Assembly (NCBI GenBank): GCA_903813345.2
Contig: CAIIXF020000001.1
Location: forward strand, 7,688,001 to 7,752,000
Direction of reading: 5' to 3'
DNA from: Owenia fusiformis
Lineage: Eukaryota
DNA: 64,000 bases
Below, one piece after another: positions 25,901 to 37,900 of the stretch (the stretch's first letter is position 1; each line of letters starts with the position of its first letter). The notes below the pieces were generated by a model. The model made no database searches, was not told the origin of the DNA, and saw only the letters and a program-made list of their open reading frames with translations. The position numbers were made by a program, and so were the translations under genes.

Positions 25901-28900
25901 CACTAGTTTCATAATTCAAATTGCAAATGGCTAAAAGTAATACTTCGTAGATGCTTTATATTAATAATGATATTTAGAGGGTGTATAATAGAATTGGCCC
26001 ATTTTGAACCTATTGAAAAGTATGTGGCCCTCAGCTACACCAGGAAACCATTCAAACCATGCTAATGTGACAAGGTGAAATGGCATGTCTTATTCTGTCA
26101 AGTATTTATACTGAACAAAAATTAAACATAACAGACGATAACTAATAAAATTTAAATGTGACTTGTGATAATTTTCGAACTTTAATTTAAAAACTGACTA
26201 ACGTGACTAAACTATCTACTCTTGGGGTCAAGTTTATAACAAAACCCTACTAAGTGAAAAATGCAAATTTTAAGAGAGCTTTCACATCAACTAGTTCAGC
26301 TAGTGAAAACTCTGTGCCATACGTCTGAAATAGAAATGGCAGACACTTTAAATCACAATACAGTTTTATTACAACCATTTTTGGTCAATTGAGATGCATG
26401 TTAAATTTTGAAAAAGCTTAAGAAATCATTTCATCTTTGCATCATTCAACTATAGTGCTATTCAAATACTTTCCATCTGCTTATATTGTGCTTATATTAT
26501 ATCTTTAAAAACTGTTTGTTAAGGACCTAGATTTTATGTACGTGCTTAAATTTGATTCAAGCTTTTTGTTCAATATTGTACTTTTGAGAAGTCCCCAGTT
26601 TGTACGTGACACTCATACTCTACTTGTTATCACCAAGCATTGCGTGTCATTGCACGTAGACATCTACAAATCTATGTGCATACATCTACAACAAAGTTAG
26701 CAAACAACTCACTTACTGTAGTTACTTTTTCAATCTCGTCTATGCCTTAGTCTTTAATATTTAGTGTGGTTTTAGTCTAGAAATACACTAGGTATCAGGT
26801 TGTGATATCCATCATACATGTGAAGTTAATACCTGTTGATTTTATTTGCATTAAATCTACAACCTTGTGCAAGTTGATCTAAAGCGCAAAGAAATATATA
26901 TTTTGTACTTTGATCTTTTTGATGATAAACATTGGTGGCCAATGATCTCAAAGCACAGAAGTGCAGTAGTTAATGTTTGGAGAATGGTTGTAATCGAAAT
27001 GTGCAAACATTTGCTTTGTGTATTTTTATTTCAATGCAATCTTAAGAATCTTTCTCTTATGAAGGGAAATGTTAATAATATAAGGGAGCAACCTAAAACA
27101 ACATATTGATTCTTACATTTCTTTTACAATGTTTTTGCAATAATCTAGGTCAGATAACAAGGTCGGAGTGCAAAAGGTCCACAAAATTTGAATATTTGAT
27201 AATAATTGATTATCCCTGCCAATTATCGGATTGGTAGGGATATAGTGAAGCCACTCTGTCCATCGTAGGGATATAGTGAAGCCCCTCTGTCCATCTGTCT
27301 ACTTAGTAGCATATTACACTTTCTTAAGACAATTTGGCCACTGAACGGCCATTTTGAAAGATGGCCTCAATATTTATGTGTGTTATTTTAAGTATTTTTC
27401 TGCTATGATTTGAAAAGTGACTTGTCACAATTTGGCTAATAGGCAACTATTTTCAAAAATGGCAGCCATGGCTGTTTTGAGATTTGCTACGCCTTGGCAT
27501 TGCTGTTATCTCATTAAATCAGTCTAATTGTTGTAAAACTGTTGAATGTCAAACTTGACCTTGGTGATTGTGCATTTTAATATATTGTATGTGTATGTTT
27601 ATTGTTTCTGTATTGTAAATATTGTATGTGCATTGTTCCTGTATTGTAGATGTATTGTATATGTGTATTGTAGGTGTCTTCAGGTGAATACATCCAGATG
27701 AGTGGCCGTGCAGGACGTAGAGGTCTGGATGACAGGGGGATTGTTATACTCATGGTGGATGAAAAGATGAGTCCTGGGGTGGGGAAGACTATAGTGAAGG
27801 TAAGGAGCTCCCCTATATCCCCATCTGCTAGGCACAATGCCCCCTGACTATCATATGGGACATTCTATTCAAATTCAACCACATTTACCCAGTTCAAAAA
27901 ATACATCTTCTTCAAAACATTACAAATATTGCACATTCAATTTGAGTGAGAAATCCGAAATAATATGGCTCAATTTTTGCTATTTTAGTAACATAGAGGT
28001 CAGTACAAAAAATGGACAAAACTCTGCTTAAAGGTGAATTTATTTCCTAGTCATGTTTTCTGGTTATTTGTGGGAGTTAGAATGTGAAATAAGGATTGAA
28101 CAACTTGAAGGCAGAAAATGTATTGTAATTGATTTTCTGACTGTATCTGATGTGGCTAGATTAAAGGACTGTCTTTAGTTTAAAAGCTTTTGTAAATGAA
28201 GCTTGGCTTAGATAAAGCTTTGTGAAGTATCGATGTCTTTTGAATCTGAGAATAATGTTAAGGATGTGAATTATTTATTTTACCCAAAAATACATGAATG
28301 GCTCCATTTGAGTTTTTGCATTCTTTATAAATGAGTGTACATGTACATATATATCATATATGTTGGAGTAACAAGTTGTTACCTTATTATCATGCTACTT
28401 CAGTGCTACCGGATGCTTGTATACACTGACATAGCACTATATACGTTTATATCATGGTCGTGAAATACTGAGATTTTATCTCTCTTCCCCTTATAATCTG
28501 TGAATCTTTATTTAGGGCCAACCAGATTCTTTGAACAGTGCATTCCACTTGACATACAACATGGTGCTGAACCTACTAAGAGTGGAGGAGATAAATCCAG
28601 AATACATGTTGGAGAGATCCTTCTATCAGTTCCAGAATTATGGTGCAATACCCGGCCTTGTGGACAGTAAGTGCTCGTATAGACAATATTTATTACAGAT
28701 ATAAGCATTTAATGTACTTACATTAACTTACAAGATGATAATTCGCTGGTAAAATACACAAGTCAGCAAAACACTGATGTCGCATGATAGTAAGACATGA
28801 TGTCAGTGTCTTAAAGAAGAATGATGAAATCATGTCCATGTCAGTCACCCGTCACTTGCTGGACTTTCAATAGCAGGGGGCGAGTGTCCGAAATCGCCGT

Positions 28901-31900
28901 TTGTTTTCGATAATTCGCCGTTTGTTAGAAATCAAATATAGTTTTGACGGAAAATAAAAGTCTTCTATAGACTATCCTCTATTTTATTCAGCGATCTTGT
29001 TTTGCACTTCCTTGTCTATGATTTGTACCTCAGTTTCGAACTGCAATGGAACTCACTATAATCGTAAAGTAGTAAACACCGTCCAATTTTGTACCCGTTT
29101 GGGCTATGCATTTTAGATCACTATCTAACCACTATCATGTGCATGATAATTCAACCTTTGGTATAATCAGAGTTGGTTATTTTCCACTGGACATGCAGTT
29201 ACATGTATGACTGATATAACTCTGTACAACCAGTCACAGTACAGTCTTTCAAATGGGTGTAAAATTGTATTATTACCACCTTGCCGGGCCAGTTCTAGGG
29301 GTTTTAGTGCTAGTTTAGAAGGCATTCAATTTACTATATCGACCTGAGAAATGTGTGACGGCAATAGTGGTGGTCCATATGGACCGGTCTAGAATATATT
29401 CTGGACCGGCAATTTTTCCCCGGGAAATTAGATATCGTTCAGTGCGTAAGATTTTCTTGCTATTTCAGCCCTGGTCGTTAACGGTGGTAATAATACTTAT
29501 AACGTCATTTCTACGAGCAATATAGTGAAATATTGGACCTTTGGCCTTCGGCCCTCGGTCCAATATTTCACTTTATAACAAACCTTTGGTGATGTATAGT
29601 GCAAAGTGTACACAAGACAGCGGGCCGATATAAGTTTTGAAAAGCCCGCGCCCGCAAACTTTCTGATTGGTCAAGGTGCTGACGTCATAACCAATCAATC
29701 GAAGATAAAACTGCGCGAGCAATTTTTCTAAACTCATTTCAATCATTTTCAAACCATTTGTTTGTCAATTCTATAAGAACATGGTACTCTCTGACAAGTC
29801 TACATCATCATAGGTATGTTATAAATCGTTTATGTCACTATCGTGGCACATACATGCCCTCGGTTCTCAGAGATCAATGTCCCTCCCAAGGTCGGGCCAT
29901 ATATCACTGAGACCTCGGGCATATATGCCACGATAGTGACATAACCTCTAAATATTCCCCTTAGAAATGACGTTATTGTACTATTATTACCACCTTGCCG
30001 GGCCAGTTCTAGGGGTTTTAGTGCTAGTTTAGAAAGCATTCATTTTACTATATTGACCTGAGAAATGTGTGACGTCATAGTGGTGGTCCATATGGACCGG
30101 TCTAGAATATATTCTGGACCGGCCCTCGGTCCAATATTTCACTATATTGCCTTTAGAAATGACGTTATTGTACTATTAATCAGTTAAAGGCCCCATATAA
30201 AGTTTAAACCACTTTGGCTTATATTTTTGTCTTATCCAATATTATCAAAGCGTGAAATGTGAAACTTTTTATTAATTTCAAAAATGTTTTTGAAGGACTT
30301 TTTGTTAAAAATATCGTGAATTTATTAACTTTAAGAGGTCACACTTATCTTTTAAAGCGATAATTCACACCGATGCATAGCAATCATCCTCACTTGTTTT
30401 TTGCCGATAAAATCAAGAAAATTGGTTGATAGATGAGCGAGCAATGAACTCATCCATGCATGAAAGTGGTTCAGAGAAAGATGCATTTCAAAATTTTAAT
30501 TCTCATAGAAACCAATGGTAAAAAATATTAAAAACATAATATATTCATCCCTTTAACCTTGTAAGACAGTCAACATTGGTTCATTTTTTAAGTTTAGCAT
30601 ATTTAGAAAAGATTGACATTGAAAAATATTGCCACCTAAGTGATGTCACGATGTGATCACTTAGGTTGAAAATATTTTCGATATGCTAAATCATTGAATT
30701 GGCACATTAGATATAACATTTAATTTTAACATAGTGTGTCCGTTATATATTGCTGTTAAAAAGATATAGAGGTTCTTATATGAGTACCTGTGCAAGATCA
30801 TCCATTATTGATGAGCTTTGTTAATTCTTCTTTATCGAGTAGCAGACGAGATAAAGAAACATTATCAAAGCGACTGTCGGATAAAGTATGAATGTAGTTT
30901 CGCACAGGTGTCAACGGAACCAGAACAGAACAGTGAACCCCGCTTTCCCGAACCCGAGTTTCCAGAATTTGTCTCGCATTCCTCCGACTCTTTCTCAAGA
31001 TTTGGACCCTAATTTTCTTCCGCGCAAACGCGGAAATATATTGTACACCTACTTTATCATCCTGGTGTCTCGTTTATAACACCCTTGTAATTACAATGCG
31101 AAGTTACTTAAGCATGATAAAAAGTGTATGTGTGATGGGGGGGGTTTGACCCCCAACTTACCAAAAGCTGGGACATGCATACCTTTATATACTCAACCGG
31201 CCAAGTATTAACAGTACAAAAGGGAGAAAAAATCTACCAGGTCCATAATTCTACATGTTCACGTACAAGTTTAAAAAATTTGTATCTTAAATTAATGTAG
31301 AACTGCGCCTTTGTATCAGAGACACACTTTCATAGGTGCGTCTTTACAATGAAACACAATAACGAGAATTGCAACTTTAGGATCTTGATCAATATCCTTC
31401 CTGGTTAGAATCGGTTTCCATGTACAACTAAAACACTATATAAAATAACTATCTGTACACCATCAATGCAAATATATGCTTTCTTCGATTCTGATACTCA
31501 TGGCATCTTTCTGTTTCACCTGAAACACAGGGCTGAGGAGAAATGAGATGTCATGGTTTATCATGATGGCTTTCTTCGAGAATACATAATGTGGGCCCGG
31601 GAATGCGGGGTGCCACATTCATTGCAACACACCTTGCAACAATGTCTTATGAGGGTAATTTCTTATATTGAGAAGTTTATCATCTATTGAAATTAAATAC
31701 TTGTACATGTAGCTACAAAAAGCGAATTTGTTTGAGCAGTCCTAGCTCGACATATTATAAAGAAAACAATATTTACAACATGGTATTCTTAGTAGACTGT
31801 TCAATTTGGAATTTCGAAGCTTAGCCAAACATCAGCTTTCTAACAAAAATCATCAAAAAAGGATTTTATCAAAGTCTTCCATGCAAATGAAGGTGCGAAT

Positions 31901-34900
31901 TCACATTAACAAATTAAGATAAGATCCACAATATTTTATCAAATGGTTAAATGCGCAAAATGTGTAGATATGTTTTCCTTAATAATGTGTGAGGAGGCCT
32001 TTCAGCCAATTTTCGAAAACGTAGTGAGAACAAGTTTGGTGTAGAGGGGAGGGGGATATCTCCCACCTCGGTCTCTCTCTAATTCCTAGGACACATATGC
32101 CCCGGGCGCCGGCCGATGAGTAGTCATCGGCCGATTTCTAAATCAGTTTCGACAAAAATTATGTAATTCGGCAATTTTAGTTAAAAAACATGAAGGTACA
32201 TGTACATTATGTAAAATTTTGAAGACAAATGGTGCATATTTAACAAAATACCAGCACCAGTCCTGTTACTTTTGGAACACCCTGTATGTAACCATTTCTG
32301 GCAATGTCTGGAGGTGGTAAAAACTAAAATGAATCTGATATACACATAATCACAAGTGAATCATATATTAATACATCACTCTCATTTTAATAATGACAAT
32401 TCTAGATTTTGATTTATATCAAAAGTGTTCAATTCAACAGGTGCATTTGGATTTGTGAAATGCAACCTGTGTAAGGGTGAGTTATCTTATAAAAGGTAAA
32501 TGACATTCTCTATAAGTTGCCCTAGTCATTCCACAGTTCCAGGTGTTATTTTGTGGAGCCCATGTCTTGCCACGTCACACGTGGAAATGACTTTGACAAA
32601 CCTTGGACATCTTTCTTTCAGTCCATGGACTCTAAAATAACAAGAATTTGCATTGTCGGGAGCGTAAAATTGGTTATTTTGAATGCCGCCTCTTGTATTT
32701 TTCATCTGCCCCTTGTACACAAAGTTACTGAAACCACTGACTTGCATGTCAAACTTGCCATATAAGGAATATCCACACACTATTTGAGAAAGACCAATGT
32801 TGTATCGGGATTATTAAATCAATAGAACATTATTCGCATGATAAGTTCACATTCTGTGAAAAACAGGGAATTTGGGGAGCAGTACAGCATCATTTAAGCC
32901 ATTTACAGTATATATGACATTTTTAAATACTGTACAATACACTAAAAATAAAACCCTCTGAAATCCTCTACAAATTGTATAAATATTGAATTTTAGAGGC
33001 TAAGAAACTAGAAGAGGATTACAGTAAGACTACAGTGGCCAACGAGGACCAGGTTAAGGCATACTATCGTATAAGGCAACAGCTCACCCATCTTGCCAAG
33101 GAACTACAAGAATTCATCCATAAACCCCAGTACCTGCTACCATTTCTACAGCCTGGCAGACTGGTCCAGGTAGTCAATGGAGAAATGGAATTTGGCTGGT
33201 GTGTCGTGGTGAATTTCCAAAAGAAAGCAAATCAAAGCAAAGTGAGTCCCTTGCATATAGTTCATAATATAAATGAAAAGGCAGTGGATCAGATAATAAA
33301 TTAAAATTCACACATGTAGCACTAATGGGGGAAACTGGGAAAAATAATCTTTATTGCAAATGCTATTAAATTGCTAAGAAATCTATGTTTTGTTCTATAG
33401 AATCCTCAGGCGTCTGAACCAGTTTATGTGGCGGAGGTCCTGGCATACTTAGATAAGGAAGTAGCAAACTCAGGAGTCAGTTCAGACATCAAACCATGTG
33501 CTAAAGGGGAGAAGGGAGAAATGCAGGTAGGCATGGTTTATTTCGACTTTCTTTAAATGAACCACATGTTTTTTACTGAAATAAGATTTGGGGTTTGTCA
33601 TTGATTAAAGATGTAAACAGAGAGCTAATTTTTTACTATTTATACTACAGTTGATGCAATTTTGTGATTGTATTGTATTGTATTGTGTCTTTATTTACCT
33701 CTTAAACATAAGAGAGTTACAAGTATAATATTATAAGATAAAAGTTATTACAAAATGTTCAGCTATTTGATCATGTTTATATGATCAAACCTAATTGACC
33801 AGTCATTAATTTCACAATAGTGCCAATATGTTTTTTCAGTCGAGGCATTTTTTGGCATGATATTTCCTAAGATAAAAATGTTCATTTTAGATTTGTTTTT
33901 CATTGAGAGATAGTGAACCATTGCTTCATATAACATTGCATGTACTAGATATGATGCAATAATCGCATGTAGAAAATGTACATGCCACTTTATATGCGTG
34001 TATTATTACAGTGTTTTTCACTACAACTCGACTTTAAGACTGACTGCAATTTTATAATTCTAGGTTATACCAGTAATGACACACCTAATAACTTCAATTA
34101 GTGCAGTAAGGCTGTATGTGCCACAGGACCTTAGGCCCCCAGATAATAGGCAAAGTGTCTACAAATCCATACAGGTATATTTTGCTAGTAGAGCTTGTGT
34201 TTTCCCCTGTTCCCATATCATATCCTTTCCCAGCATAAAACCAGTATCCACTCTTAAAAAGATAAAACCACTAACAATTATGTACATGAATGTACGATTT
34301 AAAGTTGCGCAAGTGAAATTATGGGTGGTGCATTTTTTGACTTCGAATGTCAATAACAACTGGCAAGGTGATGATTTGAAGATAGTGAACCTTAGTATAA
34401 ACTCCTGTAAAAAATGTTTTTATGCATATTGGCGCATCTAACATTTTTAGGACTCTTTACAATATGGTGATTCACTTAAACCTGATAAATTTATGTCTGT
34501 ATTATATCTCTTATTCTAATTTTTCCAGGAGGTTTGTAAAAGATTCCCCAATGGCTTACCGCTGTTAGATCCAATAGAAGATATGGGGATTAAGGACAAA
34601 GCCCTGAAAGAAGTTGTAAAGGTATGATGTAATCTGCATACATTTCACTATGTTGTCAATTCATAAAATAAAATTCATAATGAATAAATTACAAGATGCA
34701 AAAAAGACCAAATATTTATATGTGTTTTATAAGGCAACATTTGATATTTCTTACTCATGTTTCGAGAACTTTTCAATGATAAAATAGCGCCACTTTTTGT
34801 GTATTAAGATGCAAGATGCTCATGATATATATTTATTTTGTATTTACTTGTATAATTCAAATGTACATTTGTATTGTAGAAAATTGAAGCATTTGAACAC

Positions 34901-37900
34901 AGGATGTACTCTCATCCCATGCACAAAAATGCCAATTTAGAGGAACTTTACAATGCTTATGATAAAAAGATGCAGGTGAGTGACCAATTTACCCTCAAAA
35001 CCTCATACCATGTAAAATGTAAACTTTCACATGTATATTATTTATGGCACTGTAAATAATTTAGGAAATGGTAGAGAATAAGGCTTTAGGCATTCCTGAA
35101 CTGAAGAAAAATGTCACAATTTATTTGTATCCTTCAGATATAGTCAATTTAATTGATGCAAATGTAAAAGTAGTGTATTTTTCTGTACATTGTAGTTAGC
35201 AAACGAGATAAAGGCAGTAAAGAGTGAGCTTAAGAAAAAGAAATCTCTGCTACAGATGGATGAACTAAAGTGTATGAAGCGTGTCTTAAGACGGCTGGGA
35301 TATGTTGATATCTCGGATGTTATAGAACTGAAGGGCAGAGTAGCATGTGAAATTAGCAGGTATGTTCACTACAATACTACACTATGTACATTTTAATAAA
35401 ACACATTTACATTTCAGAGATCTGCATGTTGTAGACATATTTTAGATCTTATTACATCTTATTTAAACATTTTTTACTTGTTTTATGTGAATCCATTATA
35501 CTTATACAAATGTATGTAAGTGTATGTATGATAATGCAAATTTTGATAAAAACAGGTTGTATGTACAACATTTTTGCCAATTTGGTGAATTAAGCTGTAT
35601 TGAATATATGCATATTCATATTTGTAGCTGTGATGAGCTGTTACTGACTGAACTGATCTTCAATGGTGTATTTAATGAGCTAACTCCCCAGCAAGCCAAC
35701 AGTCTCATGAGTTGTTTTGTATTCCAAGAGAAAGCATCAGAAATGCCTAAACTTACAGAAGAGCTCTCACAGCCACTCCGGATAATGCAGGTATGATTCG
35801 TTTGTATATATTTAATACGTGTAGAACCAGCAAAGTATTTGACTTCAAGTGTCCGTTAACTGAAGCCATATTAATAATCAAGTTGATTTACTGTCTTGAT
35901 GCTATTGTTGAGCAATATGAGAATACAATACGGCCCCTCGGGTAGATATATTGTATTTCCCTCAGATATACCCTGTATCAAAAACCTCCCATTAAATAAC
36001 CTCTAAGTATTACATACATGTACTAAGTTAACTGATGTTCTCTGTAGGAAACTGCCACCAGGATTGCAAAAGTGAGTGTGGAAGCAAAGTTAGAGCTGAA
36101 TGAGGAGGAATATGTTGAACAGTTTAAACCTCACATGATGGATGTTGTACATGCCTGGAGTAATGGCTGCTCCTTCCTACAGATCTGCAAGATGACTGAT
36201 GTCTTTGAAGGTCAGGGACATAATTTTTAATGTTTACTATAAATGTGTGGTACATTGAGTAAAAAAATAGCTTCATGCTGAACCATAAATTGTTTGTGAC
36301 TTCAAATCTAGCAGAATTTCGATCATTTAAAAAAACATTTGCTAGTTTATTTGGGGGTGAATTTTTTTGATAAAACATTGCAAAATTGGTTTCAGAACAG
36401 AATATTCTAAGATTTAAGTATAAATGAAGTACATAGCAAGAATATGTGCTCTGTGAGTACAATATTATTCAGTAAGGAGCTTCAATTGCTTCAATGATAG
36501 AGTGGTTGCTGAGTTTAAAGTTGTGTGTTCAAATTTCAGGTAGCATTATTAGATGTATGCGAAGGTTGGAAGAGACTCTACGACAGATGTGCCAAGCCGC
36601 TAAAGCAATCGGTAATACAGACCTTGAAAACAAATTCTCTGAAGGTATGACATTTTTGTAAATCTGTTCTTGAAAATCCCACAAAAGATTGGTTCATATA
36701 TAGCGTACATATAAAATTTTGGCAGAGTGGAGCAAAATTTGTCAGTATGTAATGCCCCATGTTAGATGTTAAGTTAGTAATCCCATCGAACGAAGTTCGG
36801 AGGGTTATAGGGAACGCCTCCGTCCGTCCGTCCGTCCGTCTGTCTGTACATACGTCAGTAAGTCCGTCCGTCCAGGCAATAACTCAAATACCGTTGGCCC
36901 GATTTTGATCATATTTTGTACACATATACCTTATGGGGGTAGAAGTTCTGCTCGAAAGCCGATTTTCAAAATGGCCGCTCATTTCAAAATGGCGGCCATT
37001 TTAGTGCCGAATTTACAGTAATTTATGTAAAACTGTAATAGCAATATGTTTAGATGTATTAAATTATATAGTACATTAATAAAGCTAGAAATATAGATAT
37101 TAAAGAAACACATGGCAGCCATCTTGAAAAATGGTGGCCTTTACTCGTTATTTTACGATTTTTGCTGTAACTCAAAAAGTAGTGGAGCGATTTTGTTCAT
37201 ATTTGGTATGTGAATACTATAAACATTGCACACTGTCTAAAGACACTTTTGGTAGAAGATGGCCATTTTAAAAAATGGCCGCCATTTTAACCTATTTTTC
37301 TATAACTCGAAAAGTAGTGAAGCGATTTTGTTCATATTTGGTATGTGAATACTATAAGCATGGCACACTGTCTAATGACACTTTTGGTAGTAGGCGGCCA
37401 TTTTTCAAAATGGCCACCATTTTAACGTATTTTACAATAACTGGAAAAGTAGTGGAGCGATTTTGTTCATATTTGGTATGTGAATACTAAAAGCATGACA
37501 CACTATCCTATGACACTTTTAGTAGATGGTGGCCATTTTGAAAAATGGCCGCCATTTTAACGTATTTTATAATAATTCGAAAAGTAGTGAAGCGATTTTG
37601 CTCATATTTGGTATGTGAATACTGTAAGCATGGCACACTGTCTAATGACACTTTTGGTTGAAGGCGGCCATTTTTCAAAATGGCCGCCATTTTAACGTAT
37701 TTTACTATAACTCGAAAAGTAGTGGAGCGATTTTGTTCATATTTGGTATGTGAATACTATAAGTATGGCAAATGGTCTAATGACACTTTTGGTAGAAGGC
37801 GGCCATTTTGAAAAATGCCTGCCATTTTTGCTATATACTTTGTTTGTAAAAATGCCATCCATGGCTGTTCGATGGGATTTGCTACGCTTTGGCGTTGCCG

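Noticed and set aside
30184-32900. Decayed transposon fragments (e.g. a Tc1-like end near 32271-32287)
   Set aside because: No paired termini or recognisable coding motifs could be established by eye.
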